Shown here in pieces: positions 50,869 to 60,333 of a stretch of DNA of 64,000 nt. The notes below the pieces were generated by a model that was not told the DNA's origin, made no database searches, and saw only the letters and a program-made list of their open reading frames with translations. Position 1 is the stretch's first letter. Each line of letters opens with the position of its first letter. The stretch lies in NCBI GenBank assembly GCA_019058365.1, contig JAHPZE010000006.1, positions 32,001-96,000 on the forward strand, in the 5' to 3' direction. This DNA is from Promethearchaeota archaeon. GTDB lineage: Archaea; Asgardarchaeota; Lokiarchaeia; Sigyniarchaeales; SOKP01. The position numbers and the translations under genes are program-made.

Positions 50869-52173
50869 TTAAGTTTCAAAATTCTTTCGTTTTTGAATAT
50901 TTAACCATACTCCTAAAAAAATAAATATAAAGAGACCAATAAGACAAATTAGTGCTCCTAAAAGAAAAGCCATTTGATATGCAAATACTTCACTTATTCC
51001 TCTATTTATTAAAAAATCGATGAGAGGACCACCGATCAATGTGCTAGCAGAGCCCCACGATAGAAAAAAAGTAGTATTATATACCGCAAATAATTTTGCA
51101 CGCATTCTTGCTGGTATTAAAACAGAAGCAATAGCATATGAGGAAGCAGAAATTATAACTTCTGCTGCACCAATTAAAAAACTTCCTATAAAAATAATTT
51201 CCAAACATTGTGTGGTTGCTGTAATTACTAGTGCCACAATTCCAATGGTAGTTCCAATAATTAAAGCTTTTGAATTACCCAATTTTTTACTTAAAGATCC
51301 TGCTGTAAATCCAATCATCATAACTGCTATTGAACGGGAATTTGCTACAAAACTTAACATTATACTATTCAAGTTAAATCCAGATTCTAAAGTAAGGTAT
51401 TGAGGGTAAGGTACTGCGATAGAATTTCTACCAAAATTAATAAAAACTAAAGCAATTATAAACACAATAAAAATTAAAATACTCTTTTGTTGTTTGTTGT
51501 TGATATCATTTTTTTCAACCAAAATCGCATCTTCTTGCTTTTCCAATTCAATTCCTCCCTCTGGGGTCATTAACATTGGAATTGTAGAAATTATCATTAC
51601 AAAAGAAGCTACAAAAAACAAAGGTCCGTTTCTAAATCCAAAACCATAATCATATAAAAATCCACCAATAAATATTCCAATAATACGTCCCAAACCTCCT
51701 AGACTTGTTAACTGACCCATAATCTTACTTCTCTTTTCAGACGGATATAAATCACTTATCAAAGCACTCCAACCTATATTAGACATGGACCAAAACATTT
51801 CAATGAGACTAAGTCCTATTATGATAACCCATCCCGCTATTAAAAAATTGTTAAAAATAGAGTGAACACCCCACACAGTAATAGTACCTATTCCTGCTAA
51901 AATCTCACCACATATTATCAAAGTTCTTCGACGCTGGAACTTATCACTAATCGGACCCCACACGAAATTTTGAAATATGACACTCATCAACATGGGTATG
52001 CTTGCATAGAGCGTTGTCATAGTAACGGATAAATTTAAGAAATCTCTCATATAGATCGATAAATATGTATAGAAAAGGCCTCTTCTAAACATAGCTAACA
52101 TTTGAAAAGATGATAATCCAGAAAATATTTGTATAGACGATTTAGAATGTTCCTTCTTAAGTATTCTTCTCAT
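50869..52173 (-). CDS. MFS transporter
   Basis: WGPISDKFQRRR motif A; about 12 TM in two halves. Confidence 0.9.
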   Translation of the reverse strand: MRRILKKEHSKSSIQIFSGLSSFQMLAMFRRGLFYTYLSIYMRDFLNLSVTMTTLYASIPMLMSVIFQNFVWGPISDKFQRRRTLIICGEILAGIGTITVWGVHSIFNNFLIAGWVIIIGLSLIEMFWSMSNIGWSALISDLYPSEKRSKIMGQLTSLGGLGRIIGIFIGGFLYDYGFGFRNGPLFFVASFVMIISTIPMLMTPEGGIELEKQEDAILVEKNDINNKQQKSILIFIVFIIALVFINFGRNSIAVPYPQYLTLESGFNLNSIMLSFVANSRSIAVMMIGFTAGSLSKKLGNSKALIIGTTIGIVALVITATTQCLEIIFIGSFLIGAAEVIISASSYAIASVLIPARMRAKLFAVYNTTFFLSWGSASTLIGGPLIDFLINRGISEVFAYQMAFLLGALICLIGLFIFIFLGVWLNIQKRKNFET

Positions 52174-52307
52174 AAAAGTAAAAATTGCGAATTTTAGATA
52201 ACTAAAAGAAACGTTTTTTCTAAACTTTTCTAATCATTAAAACTTAAAAAAGACTGGTTTGGCAATTTAGATAATAATGGTAAAATTCAAGGGAATAAAA
52301 CATAGAA

Positions 52308-54770
52308 TTAATATGTTTTTGCAGTATTTGAAGAACGTAGTTTTTCAATTGCCTTTATCCACATATTTAACTGTGTTAATAATTTCTGAGTATCTGGAAC
52401 TCGACTTATTTGCTCTGAATATAGCGGATAATTTTTATATAGATTATTTAATAATTCAAGTAGAGATCTTTGGCTTTCTGTTTGATCTAGCATGTCTTTT
52501 TTTAACTGAAAAAGAGATCTTTTTTCCTTCTTAGATTTTAAGGCTTTTAGAAAGTTTTTAGTAACAATTATTCTGAACAGGGAATATTCCTCTGGTCTAA
52601 AATTTGCTAAAGAGAAGTTCATATTATTATCCGCAAATGGTAAAAAGAATATTTTTTTATCCTCTGGTTCATCTGGGTTATCAATTAAAGTAAATTCAAT
52701 ATCTCTATTATCAAGCTCTTCTAAAATTGGATATAATTCTCCTGGAGTAATTTTTGTGGCTTGCTCAATTTGATTTGAAATTTCAGAAATAGGAAAATTA
52801 AATTCGGGTGTTTTTTCAGGATTTTCAATTCGATAAATATATTCTTTTCTTATTATTTGCATAATTTGGTTTTCTAAATCTTCAGCAAGATCTTCTGCAA
52901 TAAAAGAAATTTGAGTTTTCTTTAACTTTTGTTGGAATAATTCTTTATCTCTTTGCTTTTTGCTATAATCAGCTGAAAGTGATGAGATAAAACTATCTGT
53001 TGGTTGATCACCTTCTACTGTACCTAATCTACTAGTTTTACTTTTTTTTTCTATAGCTGTATTGTATAACCTTTCGCTTAAATATCTCCTAGCTTTCTGA
53101 TGAGCAACTTCTTTTTTCTCAAATCGCTCAGTTATAGAAACAAAATCAAGCATTTTCACAGGTTTTCCTAAATCTTGTTTTTCTTCCCTTATTAGAATAT
53201 CCATATCTTTCTTTACCAATGTATCTAGAAGTGCATAAACATTACTTTTTGATAATTGAGTTGCTTTAATTAACTCTCGTTCAATTATTTCAATCGGGTA
53301 AGCCTCACCCCTTCGAATGTATTCACTTCTAATAATTTTATAGATCTTGTCTAGGCTTCTTTCCTCTTCACTAACAGTTTCTTTTTGTAATCTCATAAAC
53401 ATTGAAGTTTCGTGAGGTTTTATATAGTAAACTAATAGTGTGGTACCTAGGAAAAAAATCATAAGTACTGAGATAATATATTTATCCCACATTAATATTA
53501 CACCCACATTAGATATTATTTGATTTGGTATTTCATTTGAAAGAGAGAAACGTGTCAATGTTTGAGCGAATACACAAGCTAAACAAAATAAAATTAAACC
53601 ATCTTTTTTGAAGATAAGTATACGCCAACCAAGAGTTTTCCCAAGTTTCTTTACAATTCGATATAAAAAATACATTGATATGATAAATTCGAGTAAAAAG
53701 ATATAAGAAACCGCAGAACCTGTTGCCCCAATTGTTGCTTTAAAAGCAGTAATTGTCTCATCTTGAAGCAACATATACATACTGATTTGTAAAATTTGAA
53801 AGAAAAAGATAAAAAAAACAATCAATGCAAATGTTAAATTATCAAAAGTACCAGCTCTTTTAGTTTCAGCCCGTCGTCTAGTAGATACATATTCAAAGAT
53901 GATAAAAACTAACGTCATTACTAAACTAAAGTAAATTAAGGGCATAATTCTCGTCATTTCTAAGTTATATACTGCCACAGCACTGCTTGGATCACTACGT
54001 CCGAAAAATTCCAAAGATAAGATTACTAAAAAGCTTCTGTAAAATAATGAAATTACTACAAGCATGCCTAGTATTATAAAAGGTATGATAATAGCTAAGA
54101 AATATCTTGGAATTGAATATTTCTTAATGAATCTGGCTTCTATTTTAGTTGAGAATTTTCGTGAATAAACATAAAACCGACTACTTAATAAGACTAACCA
54201 AATCATCGCTAGGCTTAATAAATAGCTCATAAAATTGAGACTTGTTCCAACATATAGAAAAAGTATAAATAACGATAAAATAAGACTACAATAAAATATT
54301 AATTGTTTAATCGCACTGTATTTTTCAAAAATAAAGAGTCTAAATTTATCTATACTAAGGAGAACAGATAAAATTAGAAAAAACGCCACAATTGTATTTG
54401 AAAACGCAAATGGATTACCAAATGTTAAGAAATTAATCCAAGACCCTGGAAAATTAATTGCTGTAATTAAAACTAAAGAATAAAAAATAAATATAGCATA
54501 TAATCCAAAAAACTTTTTTTCAAACGAATAAGATTTTGGTTCCTGACCATTAATATACACTTCTTGATGAATAATTTTATCATAAAAACCAGATTTAATT
54601 TTAGATTTTAAATCACTTAAATTCGCCCTTTTTCGTGAAGCAAAAGCTTTAGCCTTATTCATTGGCTCTATTTTCCGCATTTTTGAGGTTTTTGGCAATT
54701 TTAATACTTTAAAATTCTCTTGTTTTTTCTTGGTTTCTTCTTCAGAATTTTTTGCTTGCTTGCCAGACAT
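52308..54770 (-). CDS. Polytopic membrane protein with large soluble C-terminal region (two probable winged-helix repeats)
   Basis: About 10 hydrophobic segments; repeated IIR.EYI.R...P/I..I...I..AT......Y..L..L. Confidence 0.6.
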   Translation of the reverse strand: MSGKQAKNSEEETKKKQENFKVLKLPKTSKMRKIEPMNKAKAFASRKRANLSDLKSKIKSGFYDKIIHQEVYINGQEPKSYSFEKKFFGLYAIFIFYSLVLITAINFPGSWINFLTFGNPFAFSNTIVAFFLILSVLLSIDKFRLFIFEKYSAIKQLIFYCSLILSLFILFLYVGTSLNFMSYLLSLAMIWLVLLSSRFYVYSRKFSTKIEARFIKKYSIPRYFLAIIIPFIILGMLVVISLFYRSFLVILSLEFFGRSDPSSAVAVYNLEMTRIMPLIYFSLVMTLVFIIFEYVSTRRRAETKRAGTFDNLTFALIVFFIFFFQILQISMYMLLQDETITAFKATIGATGSAVSYIFLLEFIISMYFLYRIVKKLGKTLGWRILIFKKDGLILFCLACVFAQTLTRFSLSNEIPNQIISNVGVILMWDKYIISVLMIFFLGTTLLVYYIKPHETSMFMRLQKETVSEEERSLDKIYKIIRSEYIRRGEAYPIEIIERELIKATQLSKSNVYALLDTLVKKDMDILIREEKQDLGKPVKMLDFVSITERFEKKEVAHQKARRYLSERLYNTAIEKKSKTSRLGTVEGDQPTDSFISSLSADYSKKQRDKELFQQKLKKTQISFIAEDLAEDLENQIMQIIRKEYIYRIENPEKTPEFNFPISEISNQIEQATKITPGELYPILEELDNRDIEFTLIDNPDEPEDKKIFFLPFADNNMNFSLANFRPEEYSLFRIIVTKNFLKALKSKKEKRSLFQLKKDMLDQTESQRSLLELLNNLYKNYPLYSEQISRVPDTQKLLTQLNMWIKAIEKLRSSNTAKTY

Positions 54771-54904
54771 TATAATTAATAAATCTTTTTTTCCTATAAA
54801 ACTAATTGTAATATATTTTGAAAACTAATGATACGATATTTAGTAAAATATAAGTTCTATATACAAATTTTAAAAATATTCCGATATAAATTTAAATATA
54901 GTTA

Positions 54905-55201
54905 ATGCATTTTAGTATTGTGAAAATGGAAAGAAAAGTTGAAAACAGAGAAAGCCTGTTAAAGTTAATCAAAAAAGCTATTGAATTACTTGCCGAGAGG
55001 AATGTATCTCAAACAGTGATTTTATCTTCTTATAAGATTAACTCAGTTTTAAAAGAAAACTACGGCATAAATATAAAAGTTGATAAAATTGGAAGAATTC
55101 TGAGTAAAATTGCTAAGTTAAATGAATTAAAAAGGCTTAATACTAATATACCGAAGTATAAACTACAAATCTCAAAAGTTTCGAGTTTAGAATTCTTTTG
55201 A
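54905..55201 (+). CDS. Small basic (probable winged-helix) protein
   Basis: 98 aa, Lys-rich, KIGRILSKIAK helix. Confidence 0.5.
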   Translation: MHFSIVKMERKVENRESLLKLIKKAIELLAERNVSQTVILSSYKINSVLKENYGINIKVDKIGRILSKIAKLNELKRLNTNIPKYKLQISKVSSLEFF

Positions 55202-55209
55202 GTTTACCT

Positions 55210-56616
55210 TTAACCTAAATTTCGAAAGCTAGTAATTGTCTTTTGGAGTTTCTCAAGTAAAATTTTTATTTCTGAGTTAAATTCTTTGAATGGCTCCAAC
55301 TCCGTGTTCAGTTTCTCGATTTTTTCATTCGTATTAGTTTGTAATGAAGTTATAGATTTTTCAATGCTTTTTTCAATATTTTGAGCCAATGAGTTTACTT
55401 GAGTATTTGTATTTGTTAATTTAGATTGAAGATTTTTTATCAACTCTTCGATTTGTGAATTTATTTGCGTAGTCTCTTTAACCTTTCCAGATACAGAATT
55501 AATTACTAATTCCATCTCATTTTTAATATTTGATATATGACCTTCGATGAGAGTGTTTAGATTATCAATAAGATTATTCTTTGTGGTAGAGATATCTGTT
55601 ATGAATTCTTTATTTTTTTTAACTCGAGTATCAACATAGTTAGAAACACTTTTTTTAAACTCAATTATCGTTTCATTCAATGTCATATTGAACCAATTAT
55701 CAACTTTAATTATTCCAGATGATATTGCATCCTTCATTTTATTTACTGATTTACTAATATACTCAGTGCCTTTAGATGTTCCCTGATTTACATCTTTAAT
55801 CCAATCTCCAATTTGAGTTTTGACAATATTCATGAACATATTTGAGATTTTTTCTGTTCCTTGTTGTAAACCTAAAGCGACTGAGGTTAATTCAGGATAT
55901 TCTACAATTTCTTCTTCAACTGTCTGTGTTTCTTCTGTTTTTGGAATTTCTTGCAATTCTCCAAGAGGTTGTTCAACAAATTCATTTATTTCCTTAATAA
56001 GAATAGGATTTTTTTTTTGGAAATCCTCTGAAAATTTTTGCACCCACTTAAAATACTCTAATGAGTTTGGAATTTCAATTTTAAATGGTACCATATGATA
56101 TTTATCAGCTTTAGTATAATCATCTAATCTATAAATTTCAAATCCAAGATTCCCATCCTTCCCCATGAGTGTATGATCAAAAACTATACTAAAACCATAA
56201 GGAAATTCCTCCTTTTGGAAATACTGTAAATTTACTAAATCACTCTCACTGAGGTACAAACCCCAAGAAGGGTGAGAATGGTAATATCCTATTAAAGCAG
56301 ATGAATATTTTTTACTGATCTCAGTAAATAAATCATAATCATCTTTATCAAATCCGATTTCTGCTTTATCTCCATGTGTTATAGGAACAGCATTTTCTAC
56401 AAAGACTTTTTCTTCGATAGTATCATATTTTCCTACACAGACCCCCATAACTTCTATACTTTGTTCTAATTTATCATTACCAAAACGTAGAACATGAGTA
56501 AGCATGTTTCTAAAAGCTTCCTTCTTAATGAATATATTTCCTTTTTCAGATTTACTTGTATCATCAAAATTTTTTTGATTTATTTTTTGATTAGATTTTT
56601 TTTCAACCACTTTCAC
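55210..56616 (-). CDS. MPN+/JAMM isopeptidase domain fused to a long coiled-coil region
   Basis: EVMG; YHSHPSWGLYLSESD (HxH-x7-S-x2-D); heptad-rich C-terminal ~250 aa. Confidence 0.88.
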   Translation of the reverse strand: MKVVEKKSNQKINQKNFDDTSKSEKGNIFIKKEAFRNMLTHVLRFGNDKLEQSIEVMGVCVGKYDTIEEKVFVENAVPITHGDKAEIGFDKDDYDLFTEISKKYSSALIGYYHSHPSWGLYLSESDLVNLQYFQKEEFPYGFSIVFDHTLMGKDGNLGFEIYRLDDYTKADKYHMVPFKIEIPNSLEYFKWVQKFSEDFQKKNPILIKEINEFVEQPLGELQEIPKTEETQTVEEEIVEYPELTSVALGLQQGTEKISNMFMNIVKTQIGDWIKDVNQGTSKGTEYISKSVNKMKDAISSGIIKVDNWFNMTLNETIIEFKKSVSNYVDTRVKKNKEFITDISTTKNNLIDNLNTLIEGHISNIKNEMELVINSVSGKVKETTQINSQIEELIKNLQSKLTNTNTQVNSLAQNIEKSIEKSITSLQTNTNEKIEKLNTELEPFKEFNSEIKILLEKLQKTITSFRNLG

Positions 56617-58094
56617 TCAACCCTCTCTGTTTCCAATTTTTTTATCTTAGCTAATAAATCTTGATTTTCTTTTCTTAAATCTGTGAGATCATTTTGGAGC
56701 GTCTTGATTTCAACTTTTTGTGTTTCCAATTTGTTTTGTAGTGAAGTTTTTGAGCTCTCTAGTAATATTATAGCAGCTTTTAAATCTGATAGAAAGCTTT
56801 TTGATTCTTTATTTAAATTAATAAAAGTTCCTATGATTTTATTAACATTTTTTGTGAAAGTTCCAGATAAATCTTTTATAATATTATCAAATTTTTCTGG
56901 AATTGTGTATTCTATTGAATTAAGGCTTTTAGATAAATTTTCTATAATATTACTTTGTTCATCCAAACTTTTAGAAGATGCTAAACCTAATTTATTTATA
57001 TTAGTTAATTCATCTATTTGGTTATTAAATTGAATTATAATACTGTTGATATTTTCCTTTAATTTTTCTTCAACTATTGATTTAAATTGTCCATTAAGTT
57101 CAGTCTTGATATTATCAAATAGATCTTTAAAGATTTCTTGATCAGAATCAAATTCTTCAAATTTATCATCAATGTACATGTCCAATTCGTTTAATTTTTC
57201 CTTAAAGGAAAATTTAAAATTTTTTTGAAGATTAGAAATCCCCTCACTTAACCTGTCTTTTATTGTAATCACATCTTTTCTTATTTGTAAATTATTCTTA
57301 ACAGTAGTATTGATCAAATTTTCACTCCAAGAATTAAGAAATATGATAAATGGTGCGATAACAATTTCTAAGAACTTTGTTAATTCTGTATTGAGTGCAG
57401 ATAAGATTTTAGTAGAATCTAATTCCGGTTTCTTTGTAAAAATTTGGCTTTCACTTGGAAATGCAATATCTCCAAAAAGATCGGGCATTTCATTAATTTC
57501 CAATATAGGAGGCTCTTTTGAGTGAATATTATTTATTAAATTGATTAATTTTAAATAATATTCAATACTATCAGGAGGTGCTACAGACGCTTTTACCTCG
57601 TGATAACCTGACATTTGACCTTTGGCTGGATTATCTAATCGAAATGTACGAAATCCTAAATCTCCTGGTTTTTCTAAATAAGCATGGTCAAAAACAATTC
57701 CTATGGCACTAGGGTTTGGAGTTTGCCAACCAAGTTGATTACGTATATCTGTTGAAGAAAAGAAAATATCCAGTTCGGGGTGAGAATGGTACCACCCACA
57801 ACTAAACCAGTTTTTTTCAGCATAAGCAGCATCAACCATAGAAAATGTTACATAATCTTCTGGGGCAAATGCAACTTCTATCGCACCACCGTGTGAAATG
57901 GGAATAGCATCTTCAATTATAACATCTCTAATTCCCTTCTTATCTGGTTCACCTTCACCTAATGATCCAATAAGTATTCCCATTACTTCTCGGTACTGCC
58001 TTTTATCTCTTGCTTTATTTCCAAAACGAAGGACATGTAGAAGCATTTTATAATAAGCTTCTGGTTTAATAATAACAGTTTTTTCAGAAGTCAA
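56613..58094 (-). CDS. MPN+/JAMM isopeptidase domain fused to a long coiled-coil region
   Basis: EVMG; GWYHSHPELDIFFSSTD; GIVFD; coiled-coil C-terminus; 4-nt overlap with the next gene. Confidence 0.9.
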   Translation of the reverse strand: MTSEKTVIIKPEAYYKMLLHVLRFGNKARDKRQYREVMGILIGSLGEGEPDKKGIRDVIIEDAIPISHGGAIEVAFAPEDYVTFSMVDAAYAEKNWFSCGWYHSHPELDIFFSSTDIRNQLGWQTPNPSAIGIVFDHAYLEKPGDLGFRTFRLDNPAKGQMSGYHEVKASVAPPDSIEYYLKLINLINNIHSKEPPILEINEMPDLFGDIAFPSESQIFTKKPELDSTKILSALNTELTKFLEIVIAPFIIFLNSWSENLINTTVKNNLQIRKDVITIKDRLSEGISNLQKNFKFSFKEKLNELDMYIDDKFEEFDSDQEIFKDLFDNIKTELNGQFKSIVEEKLKENINSIIIQFNNQIDELTNINKLGLASSKSLDEQSNIIENLSKSLNSIEYTIPEKFDNIIKDLSGTFTKNVNKIIGTFINLNKESKSFLSDLKAAIILLESSKTSLQNKLETQKVEIKTLQNDLTDLRKENQDLLAKIKKLETERVE

Positions 58095-58320
58095 TGATAT
58101 TCACGATTTATGTTTTAGATTTAGTTTGTTAATGATCTATATATAGTTTAATTGGTTTTAAATATTTGAATAAAAAAATTGAAAATTATATCTGGTCTTC
58201 TAATTTATTCTGTATTGAGTCTTCTTTTTCAGAGTAAATTTTGATTCTCTTTCCTTATTCTCTTAAATTATTAAATCAAATAAAAAATAAAATAAGAATT
58301 AAAACAAATTTATTAAATCA

Positions 58321-58977
58321 TTAATCATGAGGTAATGGTTTACCACAGAAAGGACAGAATCGGAAGCCTAAGTCTTTACCACAATGTGGACAAAAAGAAC
58401 CTTCTACTCCTACTGGTGCTTTTTCCTCAACACCTTCTTTTGGTATTGAAGGTAACTCTCTTTTTGTTTTAAGAGTTGTAGCCGATGAGGCAGTACTAGG
58501 CAGTACCTCTTGTTTTGCCATCACTCTTTCCTTAAAAGCTTGTCTTCGTTCTTCTTCAAGTTCTTCTTGCGTTTTAGTACCTTCTGTTTTAACCCAACCT
58601 TGAACCTTGGGTCTTTTCAATTCACTTTCAGGAACCCTTTCCAATTCTACTTCTTTAGTTTCTGATATTGGAGCAACTACTTTTCTCTCATCCTTCTTCT
58701 GCAGGGCTTGTTTTACAAGAGCTTGAGTTGTTTTCATTACTTGATGGGGATTAATATTAGGGATTGCTACAGTCCTAAGAACCCAGCCTACAATAATATT
58801 TTGATTTGGAAAATCGCCTTCGACATCCTCATCTTTAAAAACATAAGAATCAATAATATCTTTCCCTTTTAACATGCGAACAGCCCATTTCTCATTAATT
58901 AATCCTAATTGCAGTCTATAAGATGTTCCAGGTACGCCAAGTTGGCTCGTTAATGGTTCGAATCCTCTCTCTGTCAC
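58321..58977 (-). CDS. Hypothetical protein with C-terminal double zinc ribbon
   Basis: CPHCG...CPFCG after a charged low-complexity linker. Confidence 0.7.
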   Translation of the reverse strand: MTERGFEPLTSQLGVPGTSYRLQLGLINEKWAVRMLKGKDIIDSYVFKDEDVEGDFPNQNIIVGWVLRTVAIPNINPHQVMKTTQALVKQALQKKDERKVVAPISETKEVELERVPESELKRPKVQGWVKTEGTKTQEELEEERRQAFKERVMAKQEVLPSTASSATTLKTKRELPSIPKEGVEEKAPVGVEGSFCPHCGKDLGFRFCPFCGKPLPHD

Positions 58978-59222
58978 TTCAAATCACTTTTTTTCACTAA
59001 ATTATATGAGATCAGTAATATTATAATGATAAATTTCGAATTTAAATTATTATTTATTTTTAAAATTTATCTTAAAGTTAAAAATTTTATCTGATTGATT
59101 AAGTTGATCGATAGTTAAAATGTTTAATTCTTATATTTTTGGTTTGGGATTAAAAACAAATAAATACAAATTATTCTATTATCTTGTAAAATACCATTGT
59201 TGAAAATAACAGGATTTTTATC

Positions 59223-60209
59223 ATGACTGTAATAATTCCAAAGAATGATTATTTAACTTTAGTGGCCGCAACTATTAGATTTGCTAATGCTCGTATTCCA
59301 AAGGATGATTGGTTAGAAGTTAGTGGCATCTTTACTGGAAGAAATGAAGGAGATGATGTATTCATAACAGAATGTTACCCCATCATGCATCAAGAATTAG
59401 ATAAAGATGCGGTAATTGATCAATATAAATGGAATGATGAAGATTATGAAGCTCTTTATATCATCGATGATGAAGCATTTTCAAGAGATCCACCTGAGTT
59501 TGTGGTCGGATGGTGGCATAGTCATCCTGGCTTTATTTGAACTGGATTTACCAGACTTAGCTAAAAGGTAATGATGAGTCACATCGATATTCGTACTACT
59601 CTATCATATCAACAAAATAATCCTTTGGCAATCTCACTAGTTTTTAATCCTACGAGACTTATTCGCCAGATCGAAGTAGCAAACAAAAAAGGAGATCCAG
59701 ATATACAACTAAAAAATGATCCTGGGTTTAAAATATTCAGGTTAGATGATATTAATCGAGGTCTTGAAGCATCTTATCATGCTATAGACTATAAAATTGA
59801 AGGATACGATAGTATGGAGCAATTGGTTACTTCAACTCAGAAATTTATTATCGATATTACTAATTTCTTCCCTAAGAATAATGTTCCACAAACTTATGAG
59901 AAATATATTGATGATAGAATAACTCAATTAAATTCATTATTCCAGGGAACTGAAGAATATTTAACCACATTGACCTATCGTGGTGAAAAAAAGAGAATCC
60001 CAGAAGTTATAGAAAATCAAAGCAAAGAAATTAGGAAATTTGTAGCTGAAACAATTATAAAGATTGAAAATATTAAGGAATTCATGAATTATTTAGAATA
60101 TAAAGAAAGAGAAACATTAATTCCACAAATCAAGGCTATAATAAACAAATGGGATGAACAAGTTGTTGGATTAGATAAGAGAATAAAAGAACTAAAGAAG
60201 AAATTTTAA
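59223..60209 (+). CDS. MPN+/JAMM protein, predicted two exons (59223-59534 and 59565-60209, 318 aa spliced)
   Basis: Track ORFs 59223..59540 and 59571..60209 are in the same frame; removing 30 nt gives EVSG...GWWHSHPGFKVMMSHID, an exact HxH-x7-S-x2-D. Confidence 0.88.
59535..59564 (+). other. Candidate 30-nt BHB-type mRNA micro-intron
   Basis: ATTTGAACTGGATTTACCAGACTTAGCTAA; central helix GGCU/AGCU, bulges UUA and AAA, exon-exon helix CCU/AGG; contains TGA and TAA in frame. Confidence 0.85.
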
Positions 60210-60333
60210 CCCTAATAATTTTCATCTTATTTTTAGTTTTGATAAATTTTTATTTGATTACGCTTTTTTTTGATTAATTATACGATTATTTTTAAAAAAA
60301 ATATCAGAGAAATTTTAGAATTTAGTCATTATC

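Noticed and set aside
57768-57776. 9-nt match (GAACTGGAT) between the intron and the equivalent region of the neighbouring JAMM paralogue
   Set aside because: Too short to support gene conversion as the origin, and it does not explain the core shared with the 24232 intron.
59538-59540. Selenocysteine or other read-through of the TGA in the JAMM gene
   Set aside because: A second in-frame stop (TAA 59562-59564) follows, and ten extra codons would break the HxH-x7-S spacing.
59565-60209. Genuinely split gene with independent restart at ATG 59571 (AAGGTA upstream)
   Set aside because: It would separate the Zn ligands (HxH and SxxD) onto two chains, and the SD-like sequence has no spacing and is simply the Lys-Val codons. 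Not formally excluded, but less parsimonious than splicing.
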